Shown here one piece after another: positions 39,940 through 49,353 of a DNA stretch of 64,000 nt. This DNA is from Phycisphaeraceae bacterium (lineage in GTDB: Bacteria; Planctomycetota; Phycisphaerae; Phycisphaerales; Zrk34), in assembly GCA_040905565.1 (NCBI GenBank), contig JBBDRF010000086.1, positions 1 to 64,000 of the forward strand. The letters are read 5' to 3'. The position numbers and the translations under genes were made by a program. The notes under the pieces are model-generated. The model saw only the letters and a list, made by a program, of their open reading frames with translations. It had not been told where the DNA came from and ran no database searches. Positions within the stretch are counted from its first letter, which is position 1. Each line of letters starts with the position of its first letter.

Positions 39940-42836
39940 TGGGCCAAGCCGATCAAATAGTCCGAAAGGTTCAGCAGTGCCTAAGCCGTGGGGGCGAGGT
40001 CGTGCCCACGGAAGCGGTGGAGTTGGCGCTGCAATGTTCTGATCTGGTGGAGGCTGTGAACGAGCGGCTGGGCAGGTGCACGAATCTTCTGCGTCAGGGA
40101 TTGCGTAGCGAGGCTTTGCATCAGGCGGAGTTGTCGCCTCCAATTCTGGACGAAGCGGCGGCGCTGGACTTTCCGGAGAACGAGCGGTGGGCGGAGTTCT
40201 GCGCGAAACATGACCTTGCCGTCGCGCCGAGGGTGGACATTGAAGCGGTGGGAGAGCTTGACGAGGCGTACCCGGTCGAGCAGGAGTTGGCCGACCTTCT
40301 GAAGGAGCATCGGTTGCTGGCGCTGAAGCGGGCGCCGCTGCCTTCGCGGATTGCTGTGTTAAGGCAACTGGCGGAGGCGGATCCGACCAATCCGATGTGG
40401 GCGGAAGATGTGGGGACTCTGGAGGGCGAGCGGTACAAGCAGATCGCCGCGGAGGCGGATGCCGCTTACCGACAGATGAACCTGCCGAAGCTCGGGGCGC
40501 TGCGACAGGAGGTAACGGAACGGTGGCAGGAGAAGCCGTCGGCAAAGCTCGTTCGGCGCGTCTCTGCCGCGTTCGATCGCGTGCAGTCGGCCCAGGCGGT
40601 ACAAACGCTGAGGGATCTTGCGCCGGTGGTGGAGCAGACGCAAATAACGGCTAACGCGGAGAAGATGGCAAAGCTTCTGGAGCGAGTATGGACGCTGCAG
40701 GGCCTGGTACGCGCACCCGATGTGGTGCCCCTGCGTGAAGTCTTCGATCCGGCGCGGCAGTGGCTTGAAGAGGTGCGGCAACAGCAGGCGGACCTTGCGG
40801 AGTTCGAAAACGCCTTGGCTGGCTTGGAACGAGGCCTGGACGACAAGGAAGGAAAAGAGGAACTGGAGAGACGCTGGCGTGCGGCGACTCGTCTAGGGCA
40901 TGCGATCCCAGAAGCTGTTACGAAGCGCTACCGTGGTCGTGCGAGTGCGCTCGAACTCGGTCGGCAACGCCGCTTCCGCTTAACTATGGCGGCGATCGTG
41001 GGATTGCTCGTGCTGCTGGGTGGCGGCACGGCCTGGATCACGATGAGCACGCTTGAAGCACGCGAAGTGGAGGGTTGGGCACAGGAGATTCAGACACTGC
41101 TCGATGAGGACGACCTGGAGCGAGCGGGAGCCGTCGTGACCCAGATGCGTGAGGAACGACCGCACCTGATGCCGGTCACCGAAATCCGCCGAGTAGTGGG
41201 GGATTACGACCGTGCCGCCGAAGAGGAAGCGGCTCGGGCGGAACAGTTCGACGCGGCGTTGACGCGCGCCGAGGCAAGCGGAGCGGAGGCACCCGACCGC
41301 GAAGCCCTCGCGGAGGCCCAGGCACATGTCAAAACCAGTGAAGAGAAGTATCGCCTGGACGTTTTCAACGAGCTGGTGGCGACGGCAGACAGGGAACGGC
41401 AGGCTGAACACAATGCCGCGTTCCGTCGAGAAATCGACGCTCTTCGCGATCGGTTCAACACTGTTCGGCGAGAACGCGGCGACGCTGAACCATCAATACG
41501 CGCGGTTGCAGATCTTGAACATGAACTGGGTCAACTACTGGGTCGGTCGGCGGCGACGACATCGACCAAAGCCATCGCAGCCTCGCTGCGGACCTCGATG
41601 CAGAACCATCGTGAAGCCCTCATCCAGCAGCGAGATCGCCAAAGCATGATGGGCGATGATGAGGAGGAACTGGTGACGTCGCTCGGCGATCCTGATGAAC
41701 TGGCAACGAAGCTGTCTGCGTTCCGCGAAACATATCCGGAACATCACCTGGCGAGCGAACTGCACGAGGCGGCTTCATACGCCGGGGACTGGAAGACGAT
41801 CAATCGCTGGTCAGAAATCATGGGGGTTTGGCGTGGGCCGGATAGCAGCCGGTCGGATGTGACACGGTTGATCGAGATGCTCGAGGCCTTCGACGATGAG
41901 CATGAAACGGAAATAATGGGACGCCGTGTGGAGGCATCTCTGTCGTACCTTCGTCAGAAGCAACGGTCCCTGCATCCGCTGGGGGATCCGCGACATCAGG
42001 AAAGCGGGCTTTCGCTGCTGATCACCCATCCACTGGTCGATGGCCTTCATGTTCTGACGTCGCGGTCCGGCGACCGGTACTACATGGCTGAACCTAGAAA
42101 GCCCGAACCGTGGGGCGAGACTTCGCAGGTGCTGGTGCGATATGTCAGCAGTGTCGAGCAGATTCGCGGTCCGCGCACGCCGGCTCAGACCACGTTTCCA
42201 CGTGATGCATTCGCCGAGGATGCAAAACCCGAGCCAGCCCCCCAGCAGGCCTTCGCAGACGAAGCCGCCGCATGGTTGAACAGCAGTCAGTACCGATGGC
42301 AGGAGGCCCATTTGGAGGTCCTGCGAATTTTGATGATGCAAGAAGACATGGAGCCAATCCTCAAGGCGAACCTCGCTGGGCAGCTTATTCAGCTGTCTGC
42401 GGAGAGTGATGCGATGACGTTGGAAGCGCTACGGGAATGGGGAACGCATCTTGCGGACGTGTCCACCTCGTCAGATTGGCTCGACCCGGAATCGGATGTT
42501 CAACGGCAGCGAGACCAGGCGAAGGAGAGATTGGCGATGGCGCCAGACATCAAGCAACTGCTCAGCGAGGCACGCGACCAGACAGAGGCGGTGTTGGCCG
42601 ACCTCGCGGTTCTGGAGCCGGTGGGAATGATCTGGAAGGACAGCGAAGGGAACATTGTGCTGGTTGGCAGGAGAGCAGCAGCGACAGATGGAGATTCGCT
42701 GTACGCGCTGCTACCCGGTGAGGAAGGGCCGACGCAAATGAAGATCGTCGGCGAGGCTCTGTCCAGTGGCGTGGAATGGCACGATGTTACCGAGCGTCTG
42801 CTCGCAGGCTCGTTGGTGTATCAGATCGCTCGATAA
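39939..42836 (+). CDS. Large helical bitopic membrane protein
   Basis: TGATG coupling; about 345-aa helical N-domain, TM helix, coiled coils. Confidence 0.75.
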   Translation: MGQADQIVRKVQQCLSRGGEVVPTEAVELALQCSDLVEAVNERLGRCTNLLRQGLRSEALHQAELSPPILDEAAALDFPENERWAEFCAKHDLAVAPRVDIEAVGELDEAYPVEQELADLLKEHRLLALKRAPLPSRIAVLRQLAEADPTNPMWAEDVGTLEGERYKQIAAEADAAYRQMNLPKLGALRQEVTERWQEKPSAKLVRRVSAAFDRVQSAQAVQTLRDLAPVVEQTQITANAEKMAKLLERVWTLQGLVRAPDVVPLREVFDPARQWLEEVRQQQADLAEFENALAGLERGLDDKEGKEELERRWRAATRLGHAIPEAVTKRYRGRASALELGRQRRFRLTMAAIVGLLVLLGGGTAWITMSTLEAREVEGWAQEIQTLLDEDDLERAGAVVTQMREERPHLMPVTEIRRVVGDYDRAAEEEAARAEQFDAALTRAEASGAEAPDREALAEAQAHVKTSEEKYRLDVFNELVATADRERQAEHNAAFRREIDALRDRFNTVRRERGDAEPSIRAVADLEHELGQLLGRSAATTSTKAIAASLRTSMQNHREALIQQRDRQSMMGDDEEELVTSLGDPDELATKLSAFRETYPEHHLASELHEAASYAGDWKTINRWSEIMGVWRGPDSSRSDVTRLIEMLEAFDDEHETEIMGRRVEASLSYLRQKQRSLHPLGDPRHQESGLSLLITHPLVDGLHVLTSRSGDRYYMAEPRKPEPWGETSQVLVRYVSSVEQIRGPRTPAQTTFPRDAFAEDAKPEPAPQQAFADEAAAWLNSSQYRWQEAHLEVLRILMMQEDMEPILKANLAGQLIQLSAESDAMTLEALREWGTHLADVSTSSDWLDPESDVQRQRDQAKERLAMAPDIKQLLSEARDQTEAVLADLAVLEPVGMIWKDSEGNIVLVGRRAAATDGDSLYALLPGEEGPTQMKIVGEALSSGVEWHDVTERLLAGSLVYQIAR

Positions 42837-42853
42837 CAGGGAAAGTCGACGGC

Positions 42854-44251
42854 ATGACTGAAACAGGTCAACAAGTTTTCGTACGGTTCAGGGGTCGTGT
42901 CTCCGGACCGTTCACGGCAGAACAGGTCAAGCAGATGATCAAGCGTGGACAGTTGACGCGTGTTCATCATGTCTCAACCGATCGACACAATTGGAAGCGT
43001 GCCGATACTGTCCTGCGACAGTTCCAGCGTCCTTCCCCTGTGATAAGCGACGAAAGCACCGGCCACGCTAAGGCCACTGCGGGGGAGGCGGCCTCCGCCG
43101 TAGGCGAGGAAGAATCAGAGAAGGGCAACGGAACGACCAGCAGTGCCGCGCATGCCAAGCGAGCCTGGTTCTACTCACTCGGCGATTCCGAGGTCGGCCC
43201 CATCGCTGAGGAGCGGTTGCGCCAGCTGCTGCAGGGCGAAGGATTGGATGCTGACACCTTGTTCTGGCGGGAGGGCATGGCGACGTGGCGGCCGTTGGAG
43301 CAAACGGACCTTTATGACGCAGGGCCATCGTTGGAGACGGCGTCGCTTGCATCTCGCCGCGTCAGGCCGACCAGCCGCTCTGGCAAGGTCGGGTCCAAGG
43401 GGAATTATGTGGGATTATCCTTGGGATCGATGCTTTTGTTGCTGTTGCATATCCCGGTGGTGCTGGAGGATAACACTGTCATCTGGTGGTGGAACATGAC
43501 GCCGAACCTCTGGGCGGGGATCGTTCTGGGCATGCTGTGCGCTATTGGAACCGGCCTATGCCTAGTGGCCCCGTTGACCTCCGGCCTGGCGAGGGCGGTG
43601 ACATTCGTGGTGCTGGGCGCGGTCGGCATCGTTTTGTTGGTAACGCTAACCTGGGATGGGGCGGCAATCCATGAGGTCGGCCTTGCGTGGCTAATCTTGG
43701 GCTTGTCCTTTGGGCTTTCGGGTGTGAGCCGTGCGAGGGCGCTTTCGCTTGGAACTGTTGGACTACGAAACACCCAGGGGATTCTGGGTGGCATCCTCAC
43801 AGGCGTTGCCATCATCTTCACAGCGTTGTGGATATTCAGTGTCTCCGAGGCAGGAGGGTTCGGACCGATGCAGGGGGGAATGGTACTGGGTGCGACGCTC
43901 GTGGGGTCGGGGTATCTGTCGCTGGTAGCGGCGGGCATCGGCGCGATTTGCAACCTGCGTTTACCCTGTCCGCCGCAGTTGAATCGTGCGGTCGTCATCC
44001 TCAGCCTCACAGGCCCCATAGCGATATTCACGGGAGTCGGCATCATTGTCGCCGTGGTGCTCCAGGTAGCGGTAGAGTGGGCCGCCCTGCCGGACGTGCC
44101 TGCCTCAGCAGATGTGCAGATGCAGCTTATGATCTTCCGCATGTTTGCCATCGTTATCCTGGTTCTGCTGATTTTCGAGTGGGGCTTGTATGAATTGCTG
44201 GCTGGCCGCCCCAAGGCCGGCAGAAGATCGAGAGTTGTCGATGCCACTTGA
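42854..44251 (+). CDS. Tandem GYF_2 (DUF4339) polytopic membrane protein
   Basis: VRFRGRVSGPF...W and WFY...GP...WREGM..W motifs, followed by many TM helices. Confidence 0.8.
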   Translation: MTETGQQVFVRFRGRVSGPFTAEQVKQMIKRGQLTRVHHVSTDRHNWKRADTVLRQFQRPSPVISDESTGHAKATAGEAASAVGEEESEKGNGTTSSAAHAKRAWFYSLGDSEVGPIAEERLRQLLQGEGLDADTLFWREGMATWRPLEQTDLYDAGPSLETASLASRRVRPTSRSGKVGSKGNYVGLSLGSMLLLLLHIPVVLEDNTVIWWWNMTPNLWAGIVLGMLCAIGTGLCLVAPLTSGLARAVTFVVLGAVGIVLLVTLTWDGAAIHEVGLAWLILGLSFGLSGVSRARALSLGTVGLRNTQGILGGILTGVAIIFTALWIFSVSEAGGFGPMQGGMVLGATLVGSGYLSLVAAGIGAICNLRLPCPPQLNRAVVILSLTGPIAIFTGVGIIVAVVLQVAVEWAALPDVPASADVQMQLMIFRMFAIVILVLLIFEWGLYELLAGRPKAGRRSRVVDAT

Positions 44252-45098
44252 ATCTGATGCATCCGTCTCAAAACCGCCAGACGTCCCTTTGTCAGCTGCA
44301 CGCATGGACATTGAGCGGCGGCTGGGCTTTCCCGCCGGGCCGTTCACGCAGCCCGGCCCTGTCCTGCCCGTGCTTGCGGCCGGTGCGCTCTCTGTGGCGT
44401 TTTTCCTCGCCATGCCCGCATTCGCCGACCACCCGGTGGGCCAATCGTTCATGCAGCACGGTTGGGTGCCGTATGCGATCGTGGCGTTCTCGTTCTGGGC
44501 ATTAATGATCCTTCTGGTCAAGATCTCAAAGGTACGACTGCAAAGACGTGCGTTGGCTTATGCCGTGGCTCCGTCGGAATCCGGGTTCACCCTGACACCC
44601 GAGACGGCGATCAGTGTACTCGACAGGCTGCACGACATTGCGGAGGAGCCGAACGATTTTCTTCTCTACAATCGAATTCAATTCGCCCTCTCTAATCTGA
44701 AGAACATGGGACGCGTGGGTGACGTCGGCGAAGTGCTTCGTGGCCGGTCCGAGAGCGAAGACGCTGCGGTAGAGTCGAGCTACACGGTTGTGCGAGGCCT
44801 CGTGTGGGGCATACCCGTGTTAGGGTTCATCGGAACAGTCTTGGGACTAAGTCAGGCCATCGGATCATTTGGTGCTGTGTTGCAACAGAGCGGTGAAATG
44901 GAGGAACTGAGGCAGTCGCTTCAGCACGTCACGGCGGGGCTGGCAACGGCCTTCGAGACGACGTTGCAAGCCTTGATCGCAGCCCTGCTCATCCAGTTGC
45001 TCATGACGCTTGTTCGACGCAACGAGGAACTCATGCTCGATTCGTTCATTGACTACTGTGACCGTCAGGTGATCGGGCACCTCCGATTGAAGGAGTAA
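44241..45098 (+). CDS. MotA/TolQ/ExbB proton-channel protein
   Basis: WGIPVLGFIGTVLGL and GLATAFETTL. Confidence 0.92.
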   Translation: MPLESDASVSKPPDVPLSAARMDIERRLGFPAGPFTQPGPVLPVLAAGALSVAFFLAMPAFADHPVGQSFMQHGWVPYAIVAFSFWALMILLVKISKVRLQRRALAYAVAPSESGFTLTPETAISVLDRLHDIAEEPNDFLLYNRIQFALSNLKNMGRVGDVGEVLRGRSESEDAAVESSYTVVRGLVWGIPVLGFIGTVLGLSQAIGSFGAVLQQSGEMEELRQSLQHVTAGLATAFETTLQALIAALLIQLLMTLVRRNEELMLDSFIDYCDRQVIGHLRLKE

Positions 45099-45102
45099 CC
45101 GG

Positions 45103-45909
45103 ATGGCGAGGCGACGTCGGCAATCTGGTGTGGCCATCAGCTTCTTTGCCTTTCAGGACGTCATGATGGGCGTCATGGGTGTCATCATCCTCGTCGCGCT
45201 GCTGCTGGCACTGTCGGCCAGTGAAGTCATTGAGATGGTGGTGGACCAAGATCCCGCTGAAACGTCTGCAGAACGAGCAACCTTGGCTGATCTTGAGGCG
45301 CTGGCAGATAAAGAGCGTCAGCTCGAAGAAGCTTACGAAAGCGCGCTTGGCCGGTCAGCCAGGCTGGCTGAACTCGGCGCGGATCCGGTGCCCCACATCG
45401 AAAGGGCGACGGCTCGGCTGGAGCAACTTGACCTTGACATCGAGGAACGCACTCAAGAAATTGCTCGTCGGCAGGATCAGTTGCCAGCCCACCAAAACGT
45501 TGTTGCAGAGGAGCTGGACACGCTCAGCGCGATGCAAGCCGACCGAGAAAGACTGGAGGCCAAAGTCGAACATCGCCGCACCTCGCGGTTGAGCTACATC
45601 ATTCAAGAAGGTGCCCAGAAACAGCCGGTTCTGATTGTAGTGTCAGCCAAACGTTTCAAAATCGGGACTCCCGGTGATGAGGACACAGCCATCGTGTTGC
45701 AGCATCGGGACGTCGACACACGCCTGCGGTATCTGAGGGAGATTCTACAGGATCTCAACTCCGCCGATTACTACTGCCTACTTGTGCTTAAACCATCGGG
45801 CTTCGGCGATCTCGACGACCAAGTGAGAGATGAGGTGCGAGCCGCCGGCCTGCAATGGGGGCTGGATCCTGTCCCAGAATCCACGCATGTTCTGGGCTTC
45901 ACGCCCTGA
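45103..45909 (+). CDS. ExbD/TolR/MotB-like partner with coiled coil
   Basis: Basic N-terminus, FFAFQDVM TM with Asp, coiled coil, C-terminal alpha/beta domain. Confidence 0.65.
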   Translation: MARRRRQSGVAISFFAFQDVMMGVMGVIILVALLLALSASEVIEMVVDQDPAETSAERATLADLEALADKERQLEEAYESALGRSARLAELGADPVPHIERATARLEQLDLDIEERTQEIARRQDQLPAHQNVVAEELDTLSAMQADRERLEAKVEHRRTSRLSYIIQEGAQKQPVLIVVSAKRFKIGTPGDEDTAIVLQHRDVDTRLRYLREILQDLNSADYYCLLVLKPSGFGDLDDQVRDEVRAAGLQWGLDPVPESTHVLGFTP

Positions 45910-45940
45910 ACGATAACGGTGTTCCAAAGGAGGTTTTGGC

Positions 45941-46876
45941 GTGGCGACTCGAACGGATCAGCAATCTGGTGGTTTGACTGTCGTCATCGTGGCTGCAAGC
46001 CTTTGCGTGCTCGTCATCGTGGCGCTGATGCTCGTTAACTGCGAATCATCGCCCACGCCTGAAGCCGCCGACGAGCCGGCGACCACGGCGCCTGATGCAC
46101 CATCCCCCGAGGCGCCGGCGGATGATACTGATGAGACTGAAATCGTGGAGAATCAACCGCAACAGCCTGAAGCCGCAGCGGAGGAGGGCGACTCGGAGTC
46201 GCACGCTGCAGACACAGCCACGGGTGAAGGTGAACAATTCAGCGGGGAAGAATCGACAACCGACTTCGGCGGTCCAGACAGCCAGTCGAATGGCGGCGCG
46301 AGCATGACCAATGGCACGCCGGGGTCGCTTGGCGACGAAAGCAACGGCACGCCTCGTTACGCTGAGTCAGCCCAGGTAGTGGTGGAAGATCAGGACGACC
46401 GGATCTACGGCGTTATACCGCCTCAGCCAACTCGCAATTCCGTCACAACCGGCAGCAAGCATGGTCCGGGCAACGCCCGGAGACGTCTGCAGAACGCGAT
46501 CATCGGTGAGTGGGAACAGTCCGACGACCACCGTTCCCCAGATCTCTTCGAAGGGGGCTATCACAAACGTCGGGTCTGGTTTACTGCACGAGGAACGATG
46601 GTCGTCGAGTCGCAGTTCGGCGCAGACGGCGACTTTGTCCTGACACGGCAAGTCGATTACACGGTCCTCGATAGCAAGACGCTGTTGCTGGGAAAAGAGT
46701 CAGCATCCCGCTCAGATTCCAGTAGTCGGCAGCTATTGACTCCGTTTGCGGCCAGAGGCATGAGCGTGACGATTGAACCGCCCGTCGCGAAACCGCCGCT
46801 GGAGGTGTTCGCGGATGTCGAAGGAGATAGTCTCCGAATCGGCGACAAGCACTACCGGCGCGTTCCGGCAGATTGA
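45941..46876 (+). CDS. Membrane-anchored hypothetical protein
   Basis: AGGAGG SD, N-terminal TM helix, acidic linker, IIGEW beta domain. Confidence 0.65.
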   Translation: MATRTDQQSGGLTVVIVAASLCVLVIVALMLVNCESSPTPEAADEPATTAPDAPSPEAPADDTDETEIVENQPQQPEAAAEEGDSESHAADTATGEGEQFSGEESTTDFGGPDSQSNGGASMTNGTPGSLGDESNGTPRYAESAQVVVEDQDDRIYGVIPPQPTRNSVTTGSKHGPGNARRRLQNAIIGEWEQSDDHRSPDLFEGGYHKRRVWFTARGTMVVESQFGADGDFVLTRQVDYTVLDSKTLLLGKESASRSDSSSRQLLTPFAARGMSVTIEPPVAKPPLEVFADVEGDSLRIGDKHYRRVPAD

Positions 46877-46899
46877 CAGAGCCTGCAACACGATCAAAG

Positions 46900-47790
46900 T
46901 CACTGAGTGAACAGTGGCTCTGTCGTCTTTGTAAGTGTAAGAGGCTGCTCCGCGTCGAGGGGGAATACTTGATATCGAAATCCGCGTTCCAGCACGGCAT
47001 CCCGCAGGCGTTGAAAGTTCGCGACTTCGTCAGGCCGGACAGCAAAATTGAAGAAATAACGATCCGAATCAAGATGCTCGAACATGACGCCAATGCGACG
47101 CATATCGGAAACGTTCTCGATGACACGTTCGCCGCCGCCGGGACGAACTGTCAGACGAGAACGGGCGGGTATCGTCGATAGCGACGTTTCCTGCACGTCG
47201 TCGTTGGGGAGTCGGTCGCCGATCTGCGCAGCCACGACACCGCTGGCCAACCAGTAAAATTGATCATTGTCAAGGATGCAGATAATCTGGTGCCGATTCG
47301 TACGCTGCTGCATGGGCAGCCTCGCCTCGACCTGCATATGCTCACCGTCGATCGCCTCGAGTTGTTCCCTCAGCTTCACAATTCGCGATTCTTCAGCATC
47401 ACGTTCGCTGGCAACCGCGTCGAGCTCTTTCTGAGCGTCCTCATCGAACTGCTGAAGCCATTGATCAAGCTCAGCACGCCGCAACTCGGCCCTCCTCTCT
47501 TGGTCCTCCAGGTGATCGAGAAGGATCAGGGCCTCCACCTCTTCTTCATCAAACAGGGCGGCCTCGTTCTGCTCAAGCTGCTCGATGTCGTTCTCCAACT
47601 CAGCAATTCGTGCTTCGGACGCGGCAATCTCGGCGGGCGAAACATAGACGGATGTTTCGTCTGGTTCCGTGCTGGACGAACTACTCAGTATGGCGACCAG
47701 AATTGCGATGAATACGATACTGCCGAAGACATTGCAGATAGTGTCCAGCAGCAACTCGAGACTGTCCTCATCTTTTGCACGACGACGCAT
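46900..47790 (-). CDS. Second ExbD/TolR-like protein with coiled coil
   Basis: MRRR...SLELLLDTICNVFG TM with Asp; GGAG SD. Confidence 0.65.
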   Translation of the reverse strand: MRRRAKDEDSLELLLDTICNVFGSIVFIAILVAILSSSSSTEPDETSVYVSPAEIAASEARIAELENDIEQLEQNEAALFDEEEVEALILLDHLEDQERRAELRRAELDQWLQQFDEDAQKELDAVASERDAEESRIVKLREQLEAIDGEHMQVEARLPMQQRTNRHQIICILDNDQFYWLASGVVAAQIGDRLPNDDVQETSLSTIPARSRLTVRPGGGERVIENVSDMRRIGVMFEHLDSDRYFFNFAVRPDEVANFQRLRDAVLERGFRYQVFPLDAEQPLTLTKTTEPLFTQ

Positions 47791-47865
47791 CTCCTCCCTT
47801 TCACGCTGACAGCCCAGTGTACCAAGGTTCATCGGTTCAGCACTCCCCCGCTTCTAACTCAGGCG

Positions 47866-49353
47866 TCAGTCCTCTTCCAAGCCAGTCGCGATCTCGCGGA
47901 AGCTTGTCAGCGCCGCCTCAAGGTTTGCGACGATGTCCTCCGCGAGTTCGTCCGGCTCGGGCAAATTGTCCAGGTCACTCAGGGACTTGTCGCGGAGCCA
48001 GAAGCTGTCCAGACTCGTCTTGTCGCGGGCGGCAATCTCGTCGTACGTGAACCGCCGCCAGCGGCCATCGGGGCTTTTCTCGCTCCACGTCGGCTTCCGC
48101 TTGTGACGCTCGCCGGGCCTGTAGCACGCGATGAAGTCGGCCAGGTCATCGAAGGTCAGCGGCTTCGTCTTGAGCGTAAAGTGCATGTTCGTCCGCAGGT
48201 CGTAATACCAGACCTCCTTTGTCCACGGCTGCTTCGCCGCAGGCTTGTTGTCGAAGAACAGCACGTTCGCCTTTACACCGTGAGCGTAGAAGATTCCCGT
48301 GGGCAGGCGGAGGATCGTGTGCAGGTCTGTCGTCTCCAGCAGCTTTTTCCGCACCGTTTCGCCGGCCCCGCCCTCAAACAGCACGTTGTCCGGCACGACC
48401 ACCGCCGCTTGCCCGGTCGCCTTCAGGATTGTGTGGATGTGCTGAACGAAGTTGAGTTGCTTGTTGCTGGTCGTCGCCCAGAAATCCTGCCGGTTGTACG
48501 TGAAGCTCTGCTTCTCCTGCTTGCCCTCTTCCGTTGTGACCGTGATCGAGCTCTTCTTGCCGAACGGTGGATTCGTCAGCACGTAGTCGAACCGCTGGCC
48601 CGTGTCCGCGGCGAGCGAATCGGCGCTGCTTACCGTCACCTCGCCGCCGATCTCGCCGATGTTGTGCAGGTACATGTTCATCAGGCACAGTCGACGCGTG
48701 CCCGGCACGATTTCATTACCGAAAAAGCTTTTTGCCTTGATCGCCTGCTTCTGCGACCGGTTGAGTTGGTAGTGCTCCGGGTCGGTCATGAAGTCATACG
48801 CTGCAAGGAAGAAGCCGCCCGTGCCGCACGCCGGATCGCAGATCGTCTTAGTCGGCTCGGGCCGAATGCACTCCACCATCGCCTTGATCAGGGGCCGCGG
48901 CGTGAAATACTGCCCCGCGCCGCTTTTGGTGTCCTGAGCGTTCCGCTCCAGCAGGCCCTCGTAAATGTCGCCCTTGATGTCCGCCTCAAGGATCAGCCAA
49001 TTCTCCTTGTCGATCAGGTCGACCAGACTCGCCAGATGCGCCGGCTCCTGAATGCGGTTCTGTGCTTTGATGAAGATCTGGCCCAGCAGGCCCTTCTGCT
49101 GCCCGAGCGTGAGGAGCAGTTCGATGTAGTGCCGCTCCAACTCCGCACCAGTCTTGCCCGTCAGGCTTGGCCAGTCATACCCCTGCGGGATGCCCAAGTC
49201 CCGCTTATACGGCGGCTGGGCGTACTCGTGAGCCATCTTCAGAAAGATCAGGTACGTGAGCTGTTCCAGGTAATCGCCGTAGCTCAGCCCGGCGTCTCGC
49301 AGAACGTGGCAATAGCTCCAGACTTTGTTGACGAGCATGCTTGCTGGTGTCAT
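47866..49353 (-). CDS. hsdM: Type I R-M N6-adenine methyltransferase
   Basis: GQYFTPR, DPACGTGG, NPPF. Confidence 0.95.
   Translation of the reverse strand: MTPASMLVNKVWSYCHVLRDAGLSYGDYLEQLTYLIFLKMAHEYAQPPYKRDLGIPQGYDWPSLTGKTGAELERHYIELLLTLGQQKGLLGQIFIKAQNRIQEPAHLASLVDLIDKENWLILEADIKGDIYEGLLERNAQDTKSGAGQYFTPRPLIKAMVECIRPEPTKTICDPACGTGGFFLAAYDFMTDPEHYQLNRSQKQAIKAKSFFGNEIVPGTRRLCLMNMYLHNIGEIGGEVTVSSADSLAADTGQRFDYVLTNPPFGKKSSITVTTEEGKQEKQSFTYNRQDFWATTSNKQLNFVQHIHTILKATGQAAVVVPDNVLFEGGAGETVRKKLLETTDLHTILRLPTGIFYAHGVKANVLFFDNKPAAKQPWTKEVWYYDLRTNMHFTLKTKPLTFDDLADFIACYRPGERHKRKPTWSEKSPDGRWRRFTYDEIAARDKTSLDSFWLRDKSLSDLDNLPEPDELAEDIVANLEAALTSFREIATGLEED

Noticed and set aside
44241..45909. Zorya zorAB call
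   Set aside because: No long ZorA tail, no OmpA-like domain in the partner, no zorC/D/E
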